From positions 960,001 to 1,024,000 of the forward strand of contig CAVYKI010000003.1 in NCBI GenBank assembly GCA_963769025.1: a stretch of 64,000 bases of DNA. Direction: 5' to 3'. Below the pieces are notes generated by a model. The model did not search any database. It had not been told where the DNA came from and saw only the letters and a list, made by a program, of their open reading frames with translations. The translations under genes were made by a program, and so were the position numbers. The stretch is from an uncultured Verrucomicrobiae bacterium (GTDB lineage Bacteria > Verrucomicrobiota > Verrucomicrobiia > Chthoniobacterales > Chthoniobacteraceae). This document shows positions 29,843-41,118 of this stretch, in pieces (position 1 is the stretch's first letter; every line of letters begins with the position of its first letter).

Positions 29843-32410
29843 TCTTCGTGCAAAGCCTCCGCGATTTCCTCCCGTTGCGCCAGCCGCGCGGGCCACCAGG
29901 CGGCGGCGAGCGAGGCAGCGAGAATCCACACCGGCGTCCACGCGAGCGCGGCCCATGGGATGTCCATGTGGATCGTCCAGCCGAAGAACGCCGGATTCAC
30001 GACCCACGTGAGGACCATCGCAAGCGGAATGCCCGCCTCCACGCCGAGCAGCGCCGCGAGCAGGCCGAGCAGGCCCGCCTCCGTGAGCACCAGCGCGCTC
30101 ACCCAGCGCGGCGTCGCGCCAAGCGCGCGCATCAGCGCGAGTTCCCGGCGGCGCTCAGTGACCAGCGTCGTCATCGTGAGAAGCACGCCCGCGATCGCGA
30201 CGATCATCGCCACGGTGCGCAGCACGTGCGTCACGGCGAAGGTCTGGTCGAACACCTTCAGGATCCGCTCCCGCAGTGCGCGCGTCGTGTTCAGCGCATA
30301 TTCGCCCGCACCGGCAAACGCCGCGCGAAACGCGTCCTCGAACGCCGGCACGTCCGTGCCCGGCTTCAGATAGACCGCCGCCGACATCACGCGATCATCG
30401 TCCCAATGCTTCCGGAACATCGCGCGGCTCATCACCACCGCGCCCTGGTCGCGGCTGTAATCCGCATACACCCCGGCGACCTCCACCTCGACCGCGCCAC
30501 GCGGCGCTTCCAGTCGCAGTTTGTCCCCGGCATTCACGCGGAACTTCCGCGCGAAGGGCTCCGTCACCACGACCGCATCGCCCGCAAAAACGCGACGCCA
30601 TCGCCGCGCGATCGTCGCCTTGCAGGAAGGTCAGGTTATTCCGGTAAACGCCATCGAGCACCACGAGCGACGCGATGCTGCCGTTCACGATCGTGTTCAT
30701 CTCGCGGAAGGTATCCGCGCCCGCGACCTCCGGCCGCGCGCGCAGCCAGTCCACGGCGGATTGCGGGAGAAAGGATGTCATCCCCAGCGTTTCGTTCGCT
30801 GCCGGTGCGATGAAGAGATCCGCGACGATGCCCTTCCCGATCCACGCGTCGAGCGACTGGCGGAAGGAATGCGTCATCACCACCAGCGCCACGTACATCG
30901 CGACCGCCGCCGCGAGCGCCGCGACGGTGATCGCATTGCGCCGCAGCCCGCGCGTAAGCCGCCGCGCGGCGAGGATCGCGACTGCCTCGCCCGTGCTGGT
31001 GATCCCTCCGGTCGAGGCGGACAGCTTCACCCACAACCGCGACATTTCCGCCGCGCCCGAGAGCACCATCGGCGCAAAAAGCGAGGCCGCGACCAAAACG
31101 AACAGCGCTGCGCCGAATGCGAGCCACGGCGGCCCGGCCGTCAGCGAACGCCACGCGCAGAGCGCCGCCGCACCGCAGGCCACGAGCGCCCACTTCCACC
31201 AGCCGCGCGCACGATCGCTTTCGCCCCGCTTTTCCACGCCGCGTCGCAGCGCATCCACCGGCTCCACGCGCGACGCATCCGCCGCCGGACCCCACGCGCC
31301 GAGGATCGCCGCGGCGATGCCGTAGAACGCGGCGACCGCAAACTGCCCCGGCTCCAGCCACAGCCGGTCCACATTCACGAGCGCGTAGAGCGAAGTCACC
31401 GTCTGCTGCACCGCGCCCGTGAGTTTCTGCGCGAGCAACACGCCGCCGATGGCGCCGAGCAGCACGCCGGGCACTGCGTAGAGCAGCGCTTCGCCGAGGA
31501 AAATCACGCGCACGCGCCACGCCGGGAGGCCGAGCGCGCGCATCACGCCGATCTGCGTTCGGCGCCGCGCGACGGAGGTCCACACGGTGTTGTGAATGAG
31601 GAACACGCCGACGAGCAGCGAGACCATGCTGAGCGCCGAGAGGTTGAGCTGGAACGCCGCGATCATCTTCCCCATCTGCTCGCTGCGCTGCCGCGGCGGA
31701 CCGATGCTCAAGCCGGGGGCGATGCGCGACAACTGCTCCGCCGCCTCGGAAATTTTCAGCGGATCATCGAGCAGCACTTGCAGCGAAGTCACGCGCCCTG
31801 GACGCGCGAGAAGCTCCTGCGCCCAGCCGATGTCCATCACCGCGAAACGCGAATCCGTCACCGGCGCGTCTCCGGCGTCGAGGATCGCGAGCACCTTCAG
31901 CGTCACCGCGCGCGTGTTCACGACGGCGTGAATCTCCGAGCCTTCGCGCAGCCGGCGCCGCGTGGCAAATTCCCGCGTGACCGCCACGCCGCCCGGCGTG
32001 CCCAGCCAGCGCCCGATGTCGAACCGCCCCGCATCCGCGCGCAGCTCGAACGTCCGAAATGCCGCGCCGCTGATCACATCAATGCCGGTGAGCCGCAGGT
32101 ATTCGCCCGGCCATTCCGGCAGCGCGGCGACCGCCTCGATCACGCCCGTCACCGCCGCCACGCCGGGCGTGCGCTCGACCTGCGGCCACAGCGTTTCATC
32201 CACATCGCCGCGGATCTCGAGATGCGCCTTTCCCGCGACGAGATCCACCGCGCCGGTGAACGCCCGCGTCGCACTTTCATTGGCGATGCGGATGGCCAGA
32301 TACACCGCGATGCCGAGCGCGATGCTCAGCACATTGAACAGCGCAAGCAGCCGGTGCCGCCGCACGTAGCGGGCGACATTCCACCAGAAGATGCGCAGGA
32401 AGGGCGGCAT
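29839..32410 (-). CDS. FtsX/MacB-type ABC transporter permease (AttFG-like), frameshift near 30590
   Basis: Two FtsX-like halves: RRRTQIGVMRALG and ERRRELALMRALG; NPAFFGWT. Confidence 0.88.
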
Positions 32411-32457
32411 TGGCTGCGGACGATACGCGAGCGGGCGGAGAAATGGCGCGCTATTTT

Positions 32458-32541
32458 GTAGCCGACGACGGCAGGAGGCGGGCACTTTGATGTTTCGTCC
32501 ACACGGAAAAGATCAGCCCGCCTCCTGCCGTCGGCGGCTAC
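32458..32541. repeat. REPIN-like inverted pair (GTAG family 2)
   Basis: 26-bp arms GTAGCCG(A/C)CGACGGCAGGAGGCGGGC with 1 mismatch; homologous to 43651-43793. Confidence 0.85.
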
Positions 32542-32585
32542 GAATGTTGCCAATTCCGCCCGCTTCCCGCATCGTCCGCCATTCC

Positions 32586-34388
32586 ATGCCGAAGCCTTTC
32601 TTCATCACCACCGCGATTGATTACACCAACGGCGCGCCGCACATCGGGCATGCGTACGAAAAGGTGCTCGCCGACGTGCTCGCGCGCTATCACCGGCTGA
32701 AGGGCGACGAAGTCTTCTACCTCACCGGCGTGGATCAGCACGGGCAGAAGGTGCAGCAGAGCGCGGAGAAGGCGGGCGTCGAGCCGCAGGAATTTGTGGA
32801 CGGCATCACCGGGAAATTCACCGCGCTGTGGGAAAAGCTCGACGTGAAATACGACGCGTGGGCCGCGACGACGGACCCGCTTCACAAGGATTGCGTGCGC
32901 GCGAATCTGCAAAAGCTGTGGGACGACAAGGATCCCGCGACCGGGCAGAGCCGGTGGATTTACAAGAAGACGCAGCGCGGCTTTTACAGCGTGCGCCAGG
33001 AGCAATTCCTCACGGACAAGGAGCGCGGGCCGGACGGGCAGTTCGGCCCCGAGTGGGGGCAGGTCGAGGAGCGCGACGAGGAGAACTTCTACTTCCGCCT
33101 CACTCAGGCGCCAGCCGCGCCGGGGCAGGACCCCGCGACCGGCCTGCCCGGCTGCGACCCGAAGCAGTGGCTGCTCGATTTCATCGACAAACGAAGCGCG
33201 GACGGAAAGCCGTTCGTCGTCCCCGATTTCCGCGTCGCCGAGTTGCGCAACGCGGTGGAAAAACTCGAAGGCGACCTGTGCATCTCGCGCCCCGCGTCGC
33301 GGCTGAAGTGGGGCATCCCCTTTCCTGAGAGCTTCGGCGAGGGCTTCGTCACCTACGTGTGGTTCGACGCGCTGGTGAACTACATCAGCTTCGCCCCCGG
33401 CCACGATACGGATTTCACCGCCAAGACGCCAAGGCGCCAGGAAGACGAAAATTCTTCCCCGCTTGGCGTCTTGGCGCCTTGGCGGTTCAACGATTTCTGG
33501 CCGCCGCTCCACGTCATCGGCAAGGACATCCTCATCCCCGCGCACGGCGTCTATTGGCCCATCATGCTCAAGGCGATGGGCTTTGCGGATGAGGAAATGC
33601 CGACGCTGCTCGTGCATGGCTGGTGGAACATCGCCGGCGCGAAAATGAGCAAGAGCCTCGGCAACATCGTGGACCCCGACCTCCTCGCCGACAAATACGG
33701 CCCCGAAGCACTGCGCTACTACCTCATGAGCGACATCGCCACCGGGCGCGATGCGGACTTCAGCGAGGAAAGGCTCGTCAGCTCTTACAATGCGGCCCTC
33801 GCAAATTCTCTCGGAAACTTGCTCAACCGCTCGCTGAGCATGGCGGGGAAGTATCGGGAGGGGCGCGTAGTGGATGCGAAAGTGAGCATCCCCAGCCAAA
33901 GATTAATTGTAGGGCAGCAACCGGACCCGGTAGAAATCTCGGTGCCTCCGGCTGGGCAAGACATCATAGATTTTCGCCGAGAGATTCGATCACAATGCAA
34001 CATCTACCCGACGGCGATGGACCATTTTCAAGTTCAGCAAGGGATCGCAGACGCGCTCGATATTGCGCAGCGGTGTAATCGGCTCATTGATGATGAAGCT
34101 CCTTGGAAACTGGCCAAAGACCCGAAGCAAGCTGACCACCTCGACACAGTCCTCTACTCGCTCGCCGAATCCCTCCGCATCATCGCCATCCTGATCTGGC
34201 CGGTGCTGCCGGATGCGGCGCACGGGATTTTTGACCAGCTCGCCTGGAAGCTGGACGAGGCCGGCAAGGACACGCGGTTCCGTCTCGCGGATGCGGTCTG
34301 GGGCGGTCTGCCGGACGGGCATGTGCTCGGCAAACCCGTCCCGCTTTTCCCGCGCATCGAGGCTCCGGCTCCGGCGGCGGAGAAGTAA
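32586..34388 (+). CDS. metG: Methionine--tRNA ligase (short form, Cys-free knuckle, several insertions)
   Basis: HIGH, YVWFDAL, IGKDI, KMSKS, APWKLAK, LFPRI. Confidence 0.96.
   Translation: MPKPFFITTAIDYTNGAPHIGHAYEKVLADVLARYHRLKGDEVFYLTGVDQHGQKVQQSAEKAGVEPQEFVDGITGKFTALWEKLDVKYDAWAATTDPLHKDCVRANLQKLWDDKDPATGQSRWIYKKTQRGFYSVRQEQFLTDKERGPDGQFGPEWGQVEERDEENFYFRLTQAPAAPGQDPATGLPGCDPKQWLLDFIDKRSADGKPFVVPDFRVAELRNAVEKLEGDLCISRPASRLKWGIPFPESFGEGFVTYVWFDALVNYISFAPGHDTDFTAKTPRRQEDENSSPLGVLAPWRFNDFWPPLHVIGKDILIPAHGVYWPIMLKAMGFADEEMPTLLVHGWWNIAGAKMSKSLGNIVDPDLLADKYGPEALRYYLMSDIATGRDADFSEERLVSSYNAALANSLGNLLNRSLSMAGKYREGRVVDAKVSIPSQRLIVGQQPDPVEISVPPAGQDIIDFRREIRSQCNIYPTAMDHFQVQQGIADALDIAQRCNRLIDDEAPWKLAKDPKQADHLDTVLYSLAESLRIIAILIWPVLPDAAHGIFDQLAWKLDEAGKDTRFRLADAVWGGLPDGHVLGKPVPLFPRIEAPAPAAEK
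33414..33489. repeat. Octamer-unit palindromic element inserted in-frame in metG
   Basis: ACCGCCAAGACGCCAAGGCGCCAGG ... CTTGGCGTCTTGGCGCCTTGGCGGT (25-bp arms), bounded by TTCA direct repeats 72 bp apart. Confidence 0.8.
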
Positions 34389-34471
34389 ACGCGTAGACGC
34401 AGAGACGCAGAGAAACATGTCAGGCTGACACGTTTTCTGTCCGCACCTCCGCGTCTCTGCGTCTCCGCGTT
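34388..34471. repeat. Octamer-unit palindromic element at the metG stop codon
   Basis: AACGCGTAGACGCAGAGACGCAGAG ... CTCCGCGTCTCTGCGTCTCCGCGTT (25-bp arms, 2 mismatches). Confidence 0.8.
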
Positions 34472-34545
34472 TCGACCATTTTCACCAGCGGGGACTGGCG
34501 CTTCCGCTCGCGGATGATGGCCGGGAGGGCGGCGGGGCTCCGCAA

Positions 34546-34653
34546 GGTAGGGACGGCTCGCCGAGCCGTCCCGCGCATCCGGCGAACCCGGCGAATGAAC
34601 CCGCGGATCCGGCCGCACATGAGACAGGGCGCGTTCGGCGAACGCGCCCTACC
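34546..34653. repeat. REPIN-like doublet (GTAG family 1)
   Basis: Both terminal 27-mers identical to those of 12351-12508. Confidence 0.85.
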
Positions 34654-34713
34654 CTGTTCAGGAGTTCCGCCTTGTGTCGGCGGGAGACGCGGTGATGCTC
34701 ACCTGTGCCCCGG

Positions 34714-36660
34714 ATGAACAACGCGACGAAAGTCCTCCTGCCCCTCGCCTTCCTGCTCGCGGGGTGGAGTGCCGGGTTTTTCATGGGCGGCGGGGCGGGC
34801 GGGGAAATGGGCGCGGGGCGATCCGCATCGGACGCGGCGGGTGCCGCGGGCGGGCAGCGCGGGAGTTCGCACACGGAGGCGGACGGAATGCCCGGAGGCA
34901 GCGGCTACACCCGCGACGCAAACCTGACCCCCGAGGAACGGCGCGGGCGCATGCTCTCGGGCCTGCTCGCGGCGATGCAGCAGCCGAATGATCTGCGGAA
35001 ATTCCGGAGCATGTTTTCCGCAGTGGAAAAGATCGGGCCGGAGGACATCCAGGCGGCGCTCGAATTCGCGAAGAAGCGGCCGGGCAACGAATGGGGCGGC
35101 GTGGTGTCGATGATCGTGGCGCGCTGGGCGGAGTTCGACCCGCAGTCGGCGGCGGCGTACGCGCTCACGATGAAGGGGAGCAACCGGTGGGAGCGCGACT
35201 TCGCACTTTCCACCGCCGCCAGCGAGTGGGCGCGAAAGGACGGAGCGGCGGCAAAGGCATGGGCGCTGGGGCTGCCGACGGGCAAGGAGCAGCAGACGGC
35301 CGTCGCGGGCGTGGCATCCGGCATGGTGCAGGTGGATGCGAGCGCGGCGCTCGCGTGGGTGAAGTCGCTGCCGCCGGAAATGCGTTCGATGGATGTGTAT
35401 CAGAAGATTTTTTCCGACTGGGGCGGGCGCGATCCGCAGCTCGCCTCGGCACAGGCGCTCTCGCTGCCGATGGGCGAAGGCCGCCAGCAGGCGCTGCTCG
35501 CGGTGGCGAGCCGCTGGGCGGAAAAGGATCCGCAGGCGGCGATGGACTGGCTGGAGCGAATCCCGGAAATCGGCACGCGCAGCCGCGCCATGGCCACGGC
35601 GCTCGGCCGTTGGGCGGAGACGGACCCGGAGGCGGCGATGAGCGCCGCGGAAAAAATGCCGGCGGGCGAATCGCGCAAGCAGGCCTTTGCGAACATCCTC
35701 CAGCAGGCGGCGCAGAAGGATCAGGAGCAGGCGATGCGGCTGATCGAGAAACTCCCCGAGGGCCAGGCCCGGGCGGACGCCGTGCAGCAGGTGGCGAATC
35801 AGCTCGCTTGGCAGAACCCGAAGGCCGCCGCCGAACTCGCCGCGACGCTGCCCGCCGGAAGCAACCGCGACGAGACGCTGCGCAATTCGCTGCGCAACTG
35901 GTCGCGCGAGGCGCCGGTGGAAGCGCTCGCATTCATCGAGAAAAACATGCCGGCCGGCGACGCGCGGCGGCAGGCTTCCAGCGAGGCGGTTGCGACGTGG
36001 GTGCTCAGCGACCCGCACGCGGCGCTGGAATGGGTCATCAAATCGCCGGAACTGAAGTCGGGCGACTACGGCCACGCCGTCTCGAGCTGGGCCGTGCAGG
36101 ATCCGCAGGGCGCGCTGGCGTGGGCGAAGAGCCAGCCGGAAGGCGCGCAGAAGCAGGCGTTCCTCGCCGGCGCGGTCGGCGGGATCTCGAACAATGACCC
36201 CGTGCAGGCCGCGCAGCTCTTTGCCACGCTCGCGCCGAGCGATGCGCAGAAGGCCACGGCGGGCCGAATCGCCGGCACGTGGGCGCGGCAGGATCCCGTG
36301 GCCGCCGCGCAGTGGGTCGTGCAGATCGCCGACCCGTCTGCGCGCGAGGCGGCATTCCCGCAGGTCGTCAATGCGATGGCGCAAAGTGATGTCGCGCGCG
36401 CCGCCGCGTGGCTGGAGAAACTCCCCGCCAGCCCGGAGCGCGACGCCGCCGTCACCGCGTACGCCGGGACGGTGACCGCGCGCGATCCCGAGGGCGCGGC
36501 GAGCTGGGCCGCGACCGTGGGCGACGACAACAAGCGCGAAAACGCCGTGCGGGGCGTGTACCAGCAGTGGAAGCGCTCCGACGAAACCGCCGCAAGCCGC
36601 TGGCTCGCGACAACGCCCGCACTTTCCGACGACGCGAAAAAGCGCATCTCCGGGAAGTAA
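34714..36660 (+). CDS. Membrane-anchored alpha-helical tandem repeat protein of unknown function
   Basis: N-terminal hydrophobic segment; many ~30-aa repeats of the form WAxxDPxAAxxWxxxLPxGxxR. Confidence 0.8.
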   Translation: MNNATKVLLPLAFLLAGWSAGFFMGGGAGGEMGAGRSASDAAGAAGGQRGSSHTEADGMPGGSGYTRDANLTPEERRGRMLSGLLAAMQQPNDLRKFRSMFSAVEKIGPEDIQAALEFAKKRPGNEWGGVVSMIVARWAEFDPQSAAAYALTMKGSNRWERDFALSTAASEWARKDGAAAKAWALGLPTGKEQQTAVAGVASGMVQVDASAALAWVKSLPPEMRSMDVYQKIFSDWGGRDPQLASAQALSLPMGEGRQQALLAVASRWAEKDPQAAMDWLERIPEIGTRSRAMATALGRWAETDPEAAMSAAEKMPAGESRKQAFANILQQAAQKDQEQAMRLIEKLPEGQARADAVQQVANQLAWQNPKAAAELAATLPAGSNRDETLRNSLRNWSREAPVEALAFIEKNMPAGDARRQASSEAVATWVLSDPHAALEWVIKSPELKSGDYGHAVSSWAVQDPQGALAWAKSQPEGAQKQAFLAGAVGGISNNDPVQAAQLFATLAPSDAQKATAGRIAGTWARQDPVAAAQWVVQIADPSAREAAFPQVVNAMAQSDVARAAAWLEKLPASPERDAAVTAYAGTVTARDPEGAASWAATVGDDNKRENAVRGVYQQWKRSDETAASRWLATTPALSDDAKKRISGK

Positions 36661-36664
36661 ACGC

Positions 36665-36852
36665 CGCGGCGAACTCAACGACACCAGCGCAGTCAACGTT
36701 GCGCTCAAAGCGGGCTGATTTTTCCGAATGTGCTCATCACCGCGCTCCAGGCATTCCTCACAGCCGAGGCGCTGACGGAGATCGCGCGGGTCAGCTCGGA
36801 GAATGTCGTGCGCTTCGGCGAAGGGCAGCCCTTCCTCGACGACTTTCAGCTC
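36665..36852 (+). pseudogene. Remnant of a D-lactate / 2-hydroxyacid dehydrogenase C-terminus
   Basis: RGELNDTSAVNVALKAG* followed in another frame by LIFPNVLITALQAFLTAEALTEIAR, matching LdhA motifs RGxLIDT...ALK-G and FPNVLITxHQAFLTxEAL. Confidence 0.65.
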
Positions 36853-36858
36853 CGGAGG

Positions 36859-37392
36859 CTACAGGCCGGCCGGATGGCGGACGACGGCGCCGTTGAGGGG
36901 ACGGCCCTTCGTGGTCCACTTCGGCCCCTCGGCGCCAGTGCCCCAGCCGGTGTCGAATCGCAGGCCGGCGACGACGAGAAAGACGTGGCCGTTGCGCGCA
37001 TAGACATTGATCCACCGGCCGTGCCCGCGTGAGCCGTAGCGGCGGAATGCGCTGGAGGTCGTCGGCTGGTCGAGCAGCCCGGCTTCGCAGAGCACGTAGG
37101 AGGCTGCGCCGGAGCAATCGTACGCATTCGAGAGTCCGCGCGTGTGTCCCGCGCCGTAGCGGTAGGGCAGCCCGGCGATGCGGTTGCCGGCCTCGATCGC
37201 CGCGTGGACGGCGCGCGGCGCAGAAGCCGGCGCGATGGCCTGGCCGCCGTAAAGGGTCGCCGTTTTTCCGGGAATGGGCTTGTAGGCGTAGCGCCTTGGG
37301 CTGGAGCCGGCGCAACCGGAGAGAAACGCAAGGGCGAAGAGAGATGGAAGCAGGAGGCGGAGCATGTGCGGGCGTATCAAATCAGTTAGCAA
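36859..37392 (-). CDS. NlpC/P60-like peptidoglycan endopeptidase lipoprotein
   Basis: Lipobox LSGC; PYRYGAGH, YDCSG, GHVF. Confidence 0.8.
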   Translation of the reverse strand: MLTDLIRPHMLRLLLPSLFALAFLSGCAGSSPRRYAYKPIPGKTATLYGGQAIAPASAPRAVHAAIEAGNRIAGLPYRYGAGHTRGLSNAYDCSGAASYVLCEAGLLDQPTTSSAFRRYGSRGHGRWINVYARNGHVFLVVAGLRFDTGWGTGAEGPKWTTKGRPLNGAVVRHPAGL

Positions 37393-37443
37393 AAGTCATG
37401 CGCGGATTGCCATCCCCGCGGCAAAATTTCCAGCGCGCTCCGG

Positions 37444-39788
<2,345 letters not shown>

Positions 39789-39839
39789 GGGGGAGTCAAG
39801 CCCCGCCCCGCGCAAACTCTAGGCCATTTCCCGCCCGGC

Positions 39840-40964
39840 TCAGACCATCTCGAGCTGTCCGCGACAGAGCCACATCAGCGCCTTCACACCGAGTTCCGGA
39901 AGATTGAAGGGCTTGCCGACAAAGTCGTTCCCGCCGCTGAGGCTCGCCTTTGCCTTGTTTTGGAAAGTCGCCATGCCGGTCAAGAATACGATCGGCGTGC
40001 GCTTGTACTGATCGATGGCGCGCACCTTCGTGCAGAGCTCGAAGCCGTTCATTTCCGGCAGGCCCACGTCGAGGAAGATGAGATTCATCGGCGACTTGTT
40101 CAGCTTCTCGATCGCCCGCGCCGGGGATTCCGCGCATTCGTTTTTCAGCCCGGCGAGCTGGAGCGCGGAGGTGATGAATTGCCGCGCGCCGTCCTCGTCA
40201 TCCACCACGAGCAGCGAGGCCGCGCCCGGGTCGGTGAGGCGCGAGAGACACTCCGGCTTGGAGATCGACGCGAGGAAATCGAGCGCCTGTCCCACGGTGC
40301 GAATCGTGGAGGGATTCAGTTGCTCGGGCGTCTCGTTCAAGCCGTGCAGCAGCATGTCGAACGAACCCGCGATCTGCGCGAAAGGCTTGTACGGGAGCAG
40401 CGCGGTCTTTTGGGCAAAGGCGTGCGCGAGGTTCCACAGCTCGTGCAGTGCGGGCAGTTCGGGCGGCGTCTCGGCGATGCCCGGCAGGCAGTGGCGCATC
40501 CGGTTGATGCTGTCCACCGCGTTCGCAAAAATGGCATCGACCCAGAATTCGTCGGCCTTGAAGAGCTGCTTGTCGGCGGCCGCGCCGAGGCCCGGCATGC
40601 CGAAGCTGCTGCGGATGGCGTCGATGATGCACGCGATCGGACTCGGCCCGGGGGCGATGGCCTGCGTGGCACCGGCCTCCGTCGCCTCGTGGGCGACCTG
40701 GCCGAGGAGGTTCGGGAGGATCAGGATGGGCAGTTTCGCATTCTCCGGTTCTGCACGGAGGGCGTGGATGAACTCCAGCGGGTTGCCTTCCTGAAAAACG
40801 ACATCGAGCAGCACGAGGTCCGGCTTCTTTTCCACGAGGATCTGCGCGGCCTTGCCCATGTCCCGGGCGGCGAACACGGCAAAGCCGTTCTCCTCGATTT
40901 TCTCCTGATAGAGTTTCAGCAGGAGCTTGTCATCGACGACGAGTAGGATGCGCTTGGAAGTCAT
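39840..40964 (-). CDS. Response regulator with two receiver domains flanking an Hpt-like helical segment
   Basis: LVVDD...LVLLD...; LVVDD...IFLD...GFELC...KPF. Confidence 0.85.
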   Translation of the reverse strand: MTSKRILLVVDDKLLLKLYQEKIEENGFAVFAARDMGKAAQILVEKKPDLVLLDVVFQEGNPLEFIHALRAEPENAKLPILILPNLLGQVAHEATEAGATQAIAPGPSPIACIIDAIRSSFGMPGLGAAADKQLFKADEFWVDAIFANAVDSINRMRHCLPGIAETPPELPALHELWNLAHAFAQKTALLPYKPFAQIAGSFDMLLHGLNETPEQLNPSTIRTVGQALDFLASISKPECLSRLTDPGAASLLVVDDEDGARQFITSALQLAGLKNECAESPARAIEKLNKSPMNLIFLDVGLPEMNGFELCTKVRAIDQYKRTPIVFLTGMATFQNKAKASLSGGNDFVGKPFNLPELGVKALMWLCRGQLEMV

Positions 40965-41007
40965 ACCGGTAGGGCTGTGTGTTTCTGGATTTGGCAAGGG
41001 TGCGAGA

Positions 41008-41023
41008 TGCAAGGATCGTGCCG
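41008..41023 (-). promoter_or_regulatory. Sigma-54 -24/-12 promoter candidate
   Basis: CGGCACGATCCTTGCA on the minus strand (GG-N10-GC), 44 nt upstream of the regulator ATG. Confidence 0.65.
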
Positions 41024-41118
41024 TCCGGCGAACGAATCCTAACTGCGGACGGCCGTGCGCAAATCCGCCAAGGCCACCGGACCTTCAGCCCGGGGGGCCG
41101 CCCCTGCGGCACCGAGAC

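Noticed and set aside
33770..34140. DGR variable region in metG
   Set aside because: No reverse transcriptase or template repeat visible in this window; kept only as a test to run
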